From: Rebecca billardiae RCC1528
Taxonomy: Eukaryota > Protista > Haptophyta
Assembly: GCA_965240325.2 (NCBI GenBank)
Contig: OZ251222.1
Coordinates: 2,604,001-2,668,000, forward strand
Direction of reading: 5' to 3'
Length of the DNA stretch: 64,000 nucleotides
Shown: positions 53,757 through 64,000 of the stretch, in pieces
How positions within the stretch are numbered: the first letter of the stretch is position 1
Layout of the letters: each line of letters begins with the position of its first letter
Position numbers and translations under genes: made by a program
Notes under the pieces: generated by a model
Seen by the model: only the letters and a program-made list of their open reading frames with translations
What the model was told of the DNA's origin: nothing
The model's database searches: none

Positions 53757-55467
53757 GCAGCTCGGCGCGCCCGCCGTCGGCGCGGTTGCCGTGCATCGCC
53801 ATCACGTGGCGCGAGAGCAGCCGGTCCTTCGCCGCGTCGGGCGCGTCGAGTAGGATGAAGATGAGGTCGAAGCGCGAGAGGATGGGCGCGGACATGCGCA
53901 CGTTCTCCCCGACCGTCCTCGCGCGGTTGTAGTGCCCGCCGACGGGGTTGGCGGCGGCGATGACGGAGGCGCGCGCGGGGAGCGAGCAGACGATCCCCGC
54001 CTTCGCGACGGACACGTGCTGCTGCTCCATCGCCTCGAGCAGCGCCTGGTGCTCCCCGTTCGACATCTTGTCGAACTCGTCGATGCAGCACACGCCGCGG
54101 TCGGCGAGCACGAGCGCGCCCGCCTCGAGCACAAAGTCGCCGGTCGTCGGCTCCTTCACGACGGTGACGGTGAGCCCCGTGGAGGAGGTGGTGTTCCCGC
54201 AGACGTACACGCCACGCGGCGCGATGTACGACAGGAAGTTGAGCATCTGCGACTTGCCCATGCCCGGGTCGCCGACGATGAGCATGTGCGGGTCCGAGCG
54301 CACGCGCCCGCCCTGCCCGCTCGGCGTGCGCGGCGCGCCGCCAAAGAGCGTGAGCGCAAGCCCGGCCTTGACGAGCTCCTGCCCGAAGATGGAGGGCGCG
54401 ATCGAGTTCACGATCAGCTTGAACAGGCCGGGCTCGCCGCGGATCTCGCGGATCGCGTGCAGCTCCATCTCGCTGAAGAGGACCGCATCGCTGCCGTCGT
54501 CGCACCCGCCTCCGCCGCCCGCTGCGGCCGCCGCTGCCCGGCTCGCATCGGCCCGCGAGCTCTTCGCCATCGTGAGCGAGTTGGCGTCGACGTACAGCAC
54601 CCAGATCGTCTGCTGCTGCTTGCTCGGCCGGCGCCCGCCCGCCTGCTGCTCCATCGCCGACTCCGCCTTCACCACGCCCGTGACGGTCACCGTGTCTCCG
54701 GGCACGCACGTGTCCACAAGCGCGTGCGTCAGCTCGACGTCGAGCGTGCGCGGCACGCCGCCCGACTCGGACGGGTCGTCGGACGGCAGCTCCTGCACGC
54801 GCAGCTTCTGCCAGTCGGCCATCTGCGTCGCCGTGCGCTCGAGCTGCACCGCCTTCGCCTTGCACGTGCGCGATCCGCACATCGGAGGCGCATGGTACTT
54901 GCCATCGGTCGCGTGGACCGTCTCCGCCCAGCCGCAGCGCGCGCACGTGAACTCGAATGCGGCGACGAGCGGGCGCATGTTCGAGACGCGCACAACGTTC
55001 CCACGAATCGCGACGAAGTGACCGATCCGGTGCGCCTTGATCTCGCTGTGCGGCGTGAGCGTCGGCCACCCGACGATGCGCGCGTGGATGGGCTCGGCGA
55101 CGAGGCGCGCTCGCACGCGCTCGACGTCGCGCGCGTCGGCCTGCGGCAGGTCCGGGTGCGCGAGGAGCGTCTTGTGGAGCATGAACGAAATCATCGGGAG
55201 CACCGCCTGAGGCCGCTTCTCCAGCTTGATGATCAGGCTCGGCGCGGCTGCGCCCAGATCGGCGTGCGTGACGGGCACGGCGCGGCCGCCCGCAAGCACC
55301 TGCCGCGGGCTGATCTGCCGGGCCGCCTCCGTCGAGGCGTAGCCGAGGAGCTCCTGGTGCAGGCCCACGTGGTCCTCCGACGGCTGAACGACCTCGGGGA
55401 AGTAAAAGTGCCACAGCCGCTCCTGCTCCTCCGTCGAGGCCAGCGCGTGGCCCGCAGGTGGGGCCAT
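52993..55467 (-). CDS. MCM8: MCM8 DNA helicase
   Basis: Zn finger CARC...C...C; Walker A GDPGMGKSQML; YVCGNTTSSTGLTV (MCM8-type); EAGALVLADRGVCCIDEFDKM; AAANP; SRFD; TTRQLESLMRLSEARAK. N-terminal WHFYF. Confidence 0.92.
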
Positions 55468-55591
55468 TGTCCTCTCTCGCGACCGCGAGGGCTGATCTTG
55501 TCCAGTGTCCAACGGTCGCCCTCAGCCATTCTCAATCGGTTCTGTGCCAGGGCCTTGCTCTCCAGCTCCGTGGTTGCTCAGCGGCCGCAAC

Positions 55592-57235
55592 ATGGCAGCA
55601 TGGCGATCCGAGGCGAACCGGCCTGCCCATCGACTACGCCCGGCGGCGTGCCGGTGGCTGTCCGTGCTCGTGGCGCCGCTCCCAGTGGCGGCTCTCTTCT
55701 GTCCGAACACGGACGCGCCTGCGAATGCTCCCAGCCTCCTCCTGCAGCACCAGAGGGCGCTGCGGGAGCGAGGCGGCTTCCGCCCGACAGCGCCTGGCCG
55801 CGACCTGCGTGACGAGCGCGAGTGGGGGCCAGGACGACTGCCGCATTACGAGGACGAGGCGTGGGCGAAGCCCGGGCACTGCTCGTCCTTGCACCCGCTG
55901 CACCCGTACAAGCAGTGCAACTTTGCCAACGCATGGATCCTCGCGCCGGATAACCGGACCGCGGTGCGGATGGTTTGGAAGGCAGGAATCACCGCAGTCA
56001 AGGCCTACTTTTGGTGCGCCTTCCATCGTCGTCTCGCGATCAGGTCGTCCTCGGTACAAGCGCCTTCGCGCTTCGTGGGCATGGCACGCTCGCCCGTGGA
56101 CCGCCTGATCAGCGGGTACAGCGAGCTGCTCGGCCGACTAGCACACCCGATGCGCGCGCCGGATGGCACCATCGTGCGCCTGCCGGACGGCTCTGACCTG
56201 GGCAGGCTGTACCACACGCTCCCCCCGGCGCCATCCGAGGCGCGGATACTTGCAGCGGCCCCATCTGGAGCGGGCATCCCTGCGGCGCATGGTTCGAGAA
56301 GGGGGCGCGCACTCCTCCGCCGCACCGTTCACCTCTCTGACTACACCGTGAACAGCACCAATCAGATGCTCGTGCTGGAAGCCCGCGTGCGGGCGTCCGG
56401 AGCGCGCTGGTTGCTGGCCGGGTACGACGGCGAGCTGGTGGGTACCGTCCGGGCTCACGAGATCCCGCGAGTGACTCGTCCGTTGGACGACGCGGCGCGC
56501 TTCCGCGCCTTCATTCGCGAGCTCGAATGCGCACCGAGGTACGCCGCGTGGGCGCACGTCGCATCCACCTCTGGCTTCCTCGCCCACAGGCCTGTCATCA
56601 GCCAGCTGAGGGACCGAAACCGGACGGGTGTCTCGGACAAGGAGGCGTGCGTCGCAACCGTGACGAACGCGGTGGCGTACACGCGGATCCTGCGGCAGGA
56701 GTCGCTCGAAGCGGACTTGGACTCGCTGGTGAGCGAGTGGAGGGCGGAGGGCGCGCTGAGTGGCACCTTTGATGACAGCACGGCAGCGTGCAAGCTGTCG
56801 CGCGCGGCCAATGCGGGCAACCTGGGCGAAGAGGTGGAGCTCGATCCGGAGAAAGAGGCCGCACTACTCGCGGCCAAGGCGGCTGCACACGCCAGCAATC
56901 CAACTGCGCGGAGTGGCGCTAAGGGCTCGCATCCCGACGGCCGTGTGCCGAGATCAGGAAGCGCGACTGTCATCAATAACATCATCAACAGCATGACGTG
57001 GAGGCGGACCACTCTCCTGCGCAACGCGGCCGGCTTCCCGTCCAAGGCATTTCTGATGGAGATCCTCGATGCTGAGCCGGAGCTGATGCGTATCGTGTGC
57101 CGGGTGTACTACCAGGACTTTGTCTGTATGGGCTACACGCTGCCACGTGCTTGCCGCGGGGCGGATCTGAGCAGGTACTCAAGGCCATCGATGCCGCCAG
57201 ACCGCAGTCAGAGTCTTCTGTCTTACTCTTATTAG
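55592..57235 (+). CDS. Sulfotransferase family 2 (Golgi carbohydrate sulfotransferase-like)
   Basis: VWKAGITAV (5'-PSB-like), ARSPVDRLISGY (3'-PB), RQESLEADL and C-terminal VYYQDFVCMGY. N-terminal hydrophobic anchor. Confidence 0.7.
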   Translation: MAAWRSEANRPAHRLRPAACRWLSVLVAPLPVAALFCPNTDAPANAPSLLLQHQRALRERGGFRPTAPGRDLRDEREWGPGRLPHYEDEAWAKPGHCSSLHPLHPYKQCNFANAWILAPDNRTAVRMVWKAGITAVKAYFWCAFHRRLAIRSSSVQAPSRFVGMARSPVDRLISGYSELLGRLAHPMRAPDGTIVRLPDGSDLGRLYHTLPPAPSEARILAAAPSGAGIPAAHGSRRGRALLRRTVHLSDYTVNSTNQMLVLEARVRASGARWLLAGYDGELVGTVRAHEIPRVTRPLDDAARFRAFIRELECAPRYAAWAHVASTSGFLAHRPVISQLRDRNRTGVSDKEACVATVTNAVAYTRILRQESLEADLDSLVSEWRAEGALSGTFDDSTAACKLSRAANAGNLGEEVELDPEKEAALLAAKAAAHASNPTARSGAKGSHPDGRVPRSGSATVINNIINSMTWRRTTLLRNAAGFPSKAFLMEILDAEPELMRIVCRVYYQDFVCMGYTLPRACRGADLSRYSRPSMPPDRSQSLLSYSY

Positions 57236-57627
57236 CAGCACTTGAATCATCAATATGATGCTGATCATCGTCATCATCAGAAGCCTGGTATAACGTGCCG
57301 CCAACCAGTCTGTCACTCTCTGTGCGGCAGCATAGGCTAGGCCGTGATACTACGACGCGCTAACATAGCAGACACATAGCTGGGCGATACGGGCGTTATC
57401 GTCAATGAGTAATGACTACTACATGCAGTACAGCAGCACTTTCAACTTGCGGCGGCGCTACTACTGATGATTGATCGTCGATGATATTGATGCGTGCGTT
57501 GAAGTGAAAGTCCGAAAGGCATCCCGACAACTCTGTCGAAGAATTCTCAACTTAGTTACCACCGATCAGAATTACTGGCAGTCTTAATAGCAGGCTTAGC
57601 GAATAGCGGTCGGTGCGTCAAGCTTCG

Positions 57628-58818
57628 TCACGCCTCGCGTGCGGTGTGCAATTCCACCTCGTCGTGTACCGCGGCGCGGCGGCCACGAGGCAGTCCACGC
57701 AAATGGGCGTACACCTCCGCCTCGGACTCGGCCGGGGGTGGTGCGGCGGTCTCGGGCGACACGCCGTGGCGCGAGTCGTCCTCGATGCATGCTGGCTGCC
57801 CCCACCGGCGCTCGCCGAAGAAGCACAGCGCAGGCGTCGCGAGCACGAGGCCGATGACGAGCAGCTCGAGGCCGCCGGCGGCGCGTAGCCGGGGCGGCGT
57901 CGGTAGCACGAGCGTATCGTGCGTCGCGTTGCGCGCCTGGATCAGCGGGTCGCTCGCGGAGCGCAGCTGCACGCGCAGCCCAGCCAGATCCATCTCGGCC
58001 GGCTCGGAGTACCGCCCGCCCGCGCGCCGCTCGCCTCGCACGCGCGTGTAGCGCGCGGCCGACCAGCCCTCGTGCTCGTAGCAGCCCACGCCGCCTCCGG
58101 TGGCGTCGAGGGCCCAGCCGGACGCGCCCTCCGGCCGGACCTTGACGCAGATCTCGGCGAGCACCTCGAAGCCGTAGCAGCGCGCATTGTCGTGCACCCA
58201 CATGCCCGGCCGAGCACCGACCGAGCACGACTTCTGCGTGGCGTACACGCGCACGCGCCGCGCGAGCGCGATGGGGTGGTCGAGCTCGAGGCGGGTGACT
58301 GCGCCGCCCTCGACCTCCGTCACGTCGAAGCCCACAGCCCAGCTAGCCTCCTCAGACCACGGGAGCGCGCCAAGCGGTGCGGAGTCGGCCTCGAACGCGA
58401 GCGCGCCAAAGACAGGCACGTCCGGATCAGCCGAGGGTACGAGCGGCAGCACGGCGTCGTCACGGGCGAGGGGCCACCGCGTGCCGTTGAGCACGACGTG
58501 CACGCCCTCGATGGCCGCGAAAGCGGCGCGCTCTGAGGCGTTCCACATGCCGAGCGAGGTGCTGAGCTGATCAAGCATGTCTGTGCGCGCGTGGTCGTGC
58601 GAGGCAGTGGCGATGAGGAAGATGCCGCTCGCGACGAGCACGGCGCACACTGCGAGCAGGCAGCCGAAGCCTACCTGGCGTGTCGAGTCATGCGGATCGT
58701 GCGCATAGCGCGGGCGCATGAGAAACGCGAGGTGAAAACACCTACCGCCTCCACCCCGCCCCGCCACTGTCTTGTAGCTCGGCAGTAGCGGTTGACGTCC
58801 CGGACTCATCACGCTCAT
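57628..58818 (-). CDS. Hypothetical two-TM membrane protein with a Cys-containing luminal or extracellular loop
   Basis: 396 aa. TM segments VGFGCLLAVCAVLVASGIFLIA and GLELLVIGLVLATPALCFF. Coding-like codon bias. Confidence 0.65.
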   Translation of the reverse strand: MSVMSPGRQPLLPSYKTVAGRGGGGRCFHLAFLMRPRYAHDPHDSTRQVGFGCLLAVCAVLVASGIFLIATASHDHARTDMLDQLSTSLGMWNASERAAFAAIEGVHVVLNGTRWPLARDDAVLPLVPSADPDVPVFGALAFEADSAPLGALPWSEEASWAVGFDVTEVEGGAVTRLELDHPIALARRVRVYATQKSCSVGARPGMWVHDNARCYGFEVLAEICVKVRPEGASGWALDATGGGVGCYEHEGWSAARYTRVRGERRAGGRYSEPAEMDLAGLRVQLRSASDPLIQARNATHDTLVLPTPPRLRAAGGLELLVIGLVLATPALCFFGERRWGQPACIEDDSRHGVSPETAAPPPAESEAEVYAHLRGLPRGRRAAVHDEVELHTAREA

Positions 58819-58910
58819 CTCGTCCGGACCCTCTGCGACCCCTTCAGGGTAGGCGGCGGAGGTTGGAGAGCAAGCAAGGCCACGGCGCGCCGACCTAACG
58901 CCCGCGAGGC

Positions 58911-61415
58911 ATGCCCCGCGCCTACGAGGAAGTGGCCGTCGACAACGGGCGGTACGCGGTGCTCAAGAAGCTGGGCAAGGGCTCGTATGGCACCGTGTAC
59001 CTCGTCCGGAACAAAGCCGACGGCTCGTGCTGCTGCATGAAGAAGATGTCCCTCAAGGCGATGGGGCACGTCGAGCGCGAGCGCGCGCTGCAGGAGGCAC
59101 GCCTGCTGGCCGAGCTGAAGCACCCGAACATCGTGGCGTACGTGGACAGCGTGGTGATCAAGTCGAAGCTCCACCTCTTCATGCAGTACTGCGAGGGCGG
59201 CGACCTCGACCAGCGCCTCAAGACGATGAAGCGCGACGGCGTGCGCGTGCCCGAGGCGCTCGTGCTCGACTGGGGGTCGCAGATGGCGTTCGCGCTGGCG
59301 TACCTGCACGAGAGGAAGATCCTCCACCGCGACCTGAAGGCAGCGAACGTCTTCCTCACCGGCTCGGGCGTCGTCAAGCTCGGCGACTTTGGCGTGAGCC
59401 GCGTGCTCTCGCAGACGCTCGAGCTCGCGTCCACGTTTGTGGGCACGCCCTACTACCTCTCGCCCGAGCTGCTGTCGAACCAGCCGTACAACGCGATGTC
59501 GGACGTGTGGGCGTTCGGCTGCATCGTGTACGAGATGTGCACCTACCGCCACCCCTTCGAGGCGCACGACTTCCCCTCGCTTGCGCGAGAGATCCTCAAC
59601 TCGGAGCCGCTGCCGCTGCCGCGCGAGCAGTACTCAGCCGCGCTCGCGAGGCTCGTCGACGGGCTGCTGATCAAGGAGCCGTCGGAGCGGCTCGGGCTGG
59701 CCGACGTGCTCGATGCGCCGATCGTGCGCGCGCGGATGGCCCAGTTCGTCCACGAGTTCGCAAGCCCGCCCCCCGCCGACGGCGCCGCGCCCGCGCCCGC
59801 CGTCCCCATGTCGCCGTCCGCGCGGCTGCTGGCCGGCAGCTGGTCCAAGCCGGAGGCGGGCGCGGTCGTCGCGCCGGTGGGCGCGGAGGCGGCGCCCGCG
59901 CCGACGGCGGGCGGGACCAGCGCCGACGCGCCGCGCCCGGCGGCGAAGAAGACCTTGGTGGCCGCGCAGCGCAGGCCGCCGCCCGCGCCCGCCGCGCCCG
60001 CGCAGCCGCCGCCCGCGCGCGAGCGCGCCGCCGAGCCCGCCGCGCCCGAGCCTGTGGAGGTCGAGCTGGCGGCCGAGGGCGAGGCGCTGCTCGCGCTCGC
60101 GCCGGCGCCGGCGCGCGTGCGCGCGCACCGCGCGCAGCAGCTCGCCGCCGCGGGCGATTCGAGCGAGCAGCTCGCCGCGCAGCGCGAGGCGGAGCTCCTG
60201 GCTGAGATCGAGGCGGAGAAGGCGCGGCTGCAGCAGAAGGTGGCGGTGCTGGAGGCGGAGCACAGGCGCGTCGCGCAGCAGCAGCAGCAGGCGTCGTCGC
60301 TGCGCGCGTTCCAGCGCAAGCTCGAGAGCACCGACCGGCTGAGCCCGCAGGGCGACGAGTCCGCCGCGCCCGCGCCCGCCGAGCCGCGCGCGCCCGCGGA
60401 CGCCGCGCGCGCCGCGGACGCCGACTTCGGCGGCGGCGCGGGCCGCACGCCCGACGCCGCCGACGGGGCGGGCGAGCCGCTCGCCGCGGAGGCTGATCGC
60501 TTCTACCCGGTGGCGCCCGGGCCCGCGCCGCCGAGCGGCTTCGAGCGCACGCTCGACGGGCCGACGGCGGTGCTCGGCGCGCACGCCGCCGCCCACGCTC
60601 CGCCGGGCGTCTCGGCAGCGGGCACGGGCACTTGGACGGCCACGTCGGGCGGCGACAACAGCCTCGACGGCAGCAGCGCGCTGGGCGCGGGCGACACGGC
60701 GGAGGGCCCGCGCACACTCGAGCGCACACTCGACGCGGGCGACCTGAGGATCGACCTGGCGCTGCAGGCGACGCTCGGCTCGGCCGACGGCGCGCCCGGC
60801 GCGCACCCGCCGTCCGCACTCTCAGCCGCGCCCACCGCGCCCTCGGGCCAGAGCGCGCCAGCCGAGCCGCCCACGCGCTCCCTCTGGGAGTGGGAGGCGT
60901 GCTTTGAGCCGAGCGAGGACGGCTCCGGGCTGCGCCGCTCGCTCAGCAGGCACCGACACGCGCACGCGCCGCCCTCGGCGCACGCGCACGCGGCCGCCGC
61001 CCCGGCGCACCCGTCCGCGCACGCGGCCGCGCCCGCCGCCGCCGCTCCGCCCGAGCCGCGCGAGCGCGTGGAGGGTGCTGAGGAGAAGTACGAGTCAGAC
61101 TTTGAGGCGTACTACTCGTCCGTGTACGAGGAGGACGAGGGCGAGGCGGGCGCGGAGGCGGGCGCGGCGAGCGAGGCCGGCGCCCAGCGCGCCGCCGAGG
61201 ACGCGGCGGCCGACGCCGAGCTCGAGGCGGGCGCGCTCCGCGCCACGGTCGGCGCGGAGGGCGAGGGCGTGAGCGCGCTCACGCGCACGCTGCGCGAGCT
61301 GCAGCTCGAGACCGCGCGAAAGAGCGCCGAGCAGCAGGACCTCGAGCACCTCGTGCAGACAGCCTCCGTGTACTATGGCGCGCTCGCGGACCCGAGACAG
61401 CCCATGCTCGCGTGA
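58911..61415 (+). CDS. NIMA-related (NEK) Ser/Thr kinase with coiled-coil/low-complexity tail
   Basis: Motifs LGKGSYG, EARLLAELKHPNIVAY, MQYCEGGDL, HRDLKAANVFL, KLGDFGVSRVL and GTPYYLSPE. Confidence 0.92.
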   Translation: MPRAYEEVAVDNGRYAVLKKLGKGSYGTVYLVRNKADGSCCCMKKMSLKAMGHVERERALQEARLLAELKHPNIVAYVDSVVIKSKLHLFMQYCEGGDLDQRLKTMKRDGVRVPEALVLDWGSQMAFALAYLHERKILHRDLKAANVFLTGSGVVKLGDFGVSRVLSQTLELASTFVGTPYYLSPELLSNQPYNAMSDVWAFGCIVYEMCTYRHPFEAHDFPSLAREILNSEPLPLPREQYSAALARLVDGLLIKEPSERLGLADVLDAPIVRARMAQFVHEFASPPPADGAAPAPAVPMSPSARLLAGSWSKPEAGAVVAPVGAEAAPAPTAGGTSADAPRPAAKKTLVAAQRRPPPAPAAPAQPPPARERAAEPAAPEPVEVELAAEGEALLALAPAPARVRAHRAQQLAAAGDSSEQLAAQREAELLAEIEAEKARLQQKVAVLEAEHRRVAQQQQQASSLRAFQRKLESTDRLSPQGDESAAPAPAEPRAPADAARAADADFGGGAGRTPDAADGAGEPLAAEADRFYPVAPGPAPPSGFERTLDGPTAVLGAHAAAHAPPGVSAAGTGTWTATSGGDNSLDGSSALGAGDTAEGPRTLERTLDAGDLRIDLALQATLGSADGAPGAHPPSALSAAPTAPSGQSAPAEPPTRSLWEWEACFEPSEDGSGLRRSLSRHRHAHAPPSAHAHAAAAPAHPSAHAAAPAAAAPPEPRERVEGAEEKYESDFEAYYSSVYEEDEGEAGAEAGAASEAGAQRAAEDAAADAELEAGALRATVGAEGEGVSALTRTLRELQLETARKSAEQQDLEHLVQTASVYYGALADPRQPMLA

Positions 61416-62175
61416 GCAGCTCGTCGTCCTTGTGCCGCGTGCTCCGCTCACGAGGCCGAGTGCGGGCCCCGGAGGCCCCAGGCCAACCCGCCCACCATGT
61501 AACTCGCAACAAGGCGCGATGAAGCCTACTGGGCTGGCAGCCCAGATTTGTCCGGAGTGAGCAGTCCTGCCGGGCGGACTCCCGTCCGTCCCCGCCTTCC
61601 GCCTCTGTGAGTTGGCTCAGCACTAGATTATTGACTGGCCACGGCGGCAGGCCCGATTCCTGGCGACTCCGGCGAGGCCGCGACTCTGGCCGCGTGACAC
61701 AGCCGTGAGCCCGTGACACGGACTCACAGTCTAAGCAGAGCCCGACTGCGGCTCGTCACTGCAGACCTGTAACTATAGTACTATAGCAGGACATAAATAA
61801 GCGCTCGTCGCGTCAGACTTCTGGCGTAGTTATTAGCTACAGCTATAACGACACTATACTCTTAACAGGCAAACTGAAGTCTATGAACGACAGCCGCGAG
61901 TCCGACTAGTCAGGCACCGCTGCCACCGCCGACCGCGTGCGGTCCGCGCCGCGAGCGCGTCGCCGGACCCGTGAGCGGTCATGACTCGTCATGGCGGTGA
62001 TGAATGCTGGGTGATGCCGGCACGAGTCGGATGCCGATCGAGCGAGCTACTAGTTACTGCTGCGCTAGTAGTTATAGCACTGCTCTGTCTTTGTCTGTCT
62101 GACTGCGAGACCGAATCCGATGCTAAGTAGTCGTCCGGTCATCATCAATTAGCTGGCGCGTACACCGGGCCGCCC

Positions 62176-62261
62176 CGGTGCCCCGGTGTCCGGTGGCGGT
62201 GTCCGACCCGGAAGCCTGTGACGAGTGAGCTGGACACCGCCACCGAGACACCGGGGCACCG
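62176..62261. repeat. Isolated hairpin (~29-bp stem, ~27-nt loop)
   Basis: cggtgccccggtgtccggtggcggtgtcc pairs with ggacaccgccaccgagacaccggggcaccg, with one bulge. Confidence 0.75.
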
Positions 62262-64000
62262 CGTGACCGGCGGCCCGCGGCGCGGCCCGCGCCACCGTGG
62301 TGCCAATTCACTGTCACATGATGGCGTCTACGTCATCAGCACGTACTCACATCATGCGCATCAGATCGACTTATATCCGTAATCCGAGACTCATGCAGAC
62401 TCACTCAGAGCCGATGCCCCGCCAGTGCCGGCGTGAGCCCCCCCCGTTACCCGAGTAGTAGCTCAACTACTATACCGTAGTTACCGTAGCTCACTGAAGC
62501 CTGAGCCTCACCGTGACGGCCCCGCTGCGGCCGGGGCCGCTGCGGGGCGGAGTCGGACTTATTACTACTAGTTAGTGCCGCCGGAGTCCGCCGAGGCGGG
62601 GGACCCGGCCGGCGCGGGCCTCACACCGCGTAAACGGCTTGCCTGGTGTACGCCCTGTACACATTTGAGGCTCTGATGATGATGATGATGACGAGTCCGC
62701 GCCGCCGCCCGCATCAGCACTAGCAGGCGGCGGGGCCGGGCGCCGGGGCGCGCGCAGCCGCGCTGCGCATGCCAGCGCGGCACGACTGACGACTCCGGCG
62801 GACATTGCGGACTGCGATGCCGAACAGCCACTGCCCGAGATGCCGACGGCTCACACACACGTCGCCCTCAGACCTCGCAAGTGGCATCGGCATGCCTTGC
62901 CCATTCACTGCAAACCGTCGTGAAGTCGTCTGGGTGGGCCACTGGCCTGCATCGATGATGAAGTTGACCACGCGAGCAGCCTGCGCAGCCGGCAATTAAT
63001 ATCCCATCGATCGTGCTCGTTACACGTGCTCGACCCAGAGGCCAGTCTCGTCCTCCTCCTCCTTTCGTCGGCATGGTAGCGGTGGTAATCTCCGCCAGAT
63101 CGCGACGATAGTCTCCCGCGCGCCTGCCAATCCAGCCGTGATGCACTCACACGGTCCCCCGTCGATGAAAAGGGACCTGACGGATCGGAAGCACTTTGTG
63201 CAGGGTACGCAGTTGCTCAGCTGCACCCAGGTGTAGACAAGCGCCGCCGCCGAGGCCACGCAGCAGGCGCAAAATCGCTCACCACCCCGGCCCGTGCCCT
63301 CCGGCGCCGGCTTCTCCGGATCGTCGGCCCTCCTGTCTCTTATCAGGGCGGTGCTGAGCCACAGCCCCATGCCTGCCGTCGGCTGAGCCAAAGCCCAAAG
63401 ACCGCCAGTGACCGACTTTGCTTGCTCAACTTCAGGCCCAGCAATGGCGGCGGACGATGCCGAGCTCGCGGAGCCAGAAAAGGGTGGCGGATGTCGCGCG
63501 AGCGATGCGAGGCGATGAGGCAGCTTATCGCACGTGTGGCACCGTGCGGCCCGAGTATCCTCACTGGCGGCCCAGCAGAACTGCCTTGGAACCGAGTAGT
63601 GCTCAGTGCCAGTGCGATCACGTGATACGCGTCATCATGCGGCGACGCGGCGGCCGCTGATGGTCAGCCCGGCCCCGGGCCGGGCGACCGTCGGCTGCAG
63701 ACTAGCACTTGAAGCCTGGCCGGGCGCCGGAGCGTTCGCGGCGCGGACGCGGTGGCAGTCTCCAGCCTCTCTAGGACCAGACTCCAGCTAGTTTAGTAGG
63801 CTGAGTCTGACAGGTGAACTCTCGGTCCTTTTCTGCTAAGGCTTAGGGAGTAACTTAGGCTAAGGCCTTATGCTACGCGCATTTGCTGATTCGGCTCAGA
63901 AGCGAGCTCACGGTATACTAATTGCGCCTTCCGTCTAGCGTAGTTGATACAGTTGAAGCGTCAGCCGTCAGTAATCGAGGCACCGAGGCACCGACGCTGG

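Noticed and set aside
19791-57235. TPT transporter, PC-esterase and sulfotransferase as a polysaccharide gene cluster
   Set aside because: They are spread over 37 kb among unrelated genes, and these families are large in algae, so co-occurrence by chance is expected.
62700-63660. Short protein-like ORFs near the window end
   Set aside because: No recognisable motif or consistent exon chain. They may be pseudogene debris, but I cannot support a call.

Overview
Very GC-rich, gene-dense eukaryotic nuclear DNA with short GC-rich GT/GC-AG introns. An FtsZ carrying a signal peptide points to an alga with a complex plastid; a haptophyte such as Diacronema/Pavlova is my inference only. Most long ORFs in the supplied track are antisense or off-frame shadows of real genes. 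Genes I can support: a partial multi-pass membrane protein, a 2OG-Fe(II) dioxygenase, a ~3,300-aa Sfi1-like protein, FtsZ, a TPT-family transporter, an EsV-1-7 Cys-rich repeat protein, a PC-esterase/TBL-like protein, a split Sel1+MYND gene, a GPS-containing polycystin-1-like protein, a DUF2828/vWA protein, a kinase+EF-hand+4x cNMP-binding protein, a PILS/AEC transporter, MCM8, a sulfotransferase, a NEK kinase and a few hypothetical proteins. Many are arranged as tight head-to-head pairs. Four small mobile elements have clear structural hallmarks: an 897-bp TIR element with a 4-bp TSD, a solo LTR with a 5-bp TSD, a 416-bp TRIM-like element of the same LTR family with asymmetric LTRs, and a 2.45-kb foldback element with ~850-bp arms. 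There is also a hairpin-tipped tandem unit with swapped middles whose nature is less certain. The most intriguing locus is 21.3-25.5 kb: an intronless array of 11 near-identical Zn-finger-like repeats that vary at a few fixed positions, with a basic NLS-like tail, bracketed by degenerate direct repeats. All motif assignments and alignments were made by eye, with no database searches.
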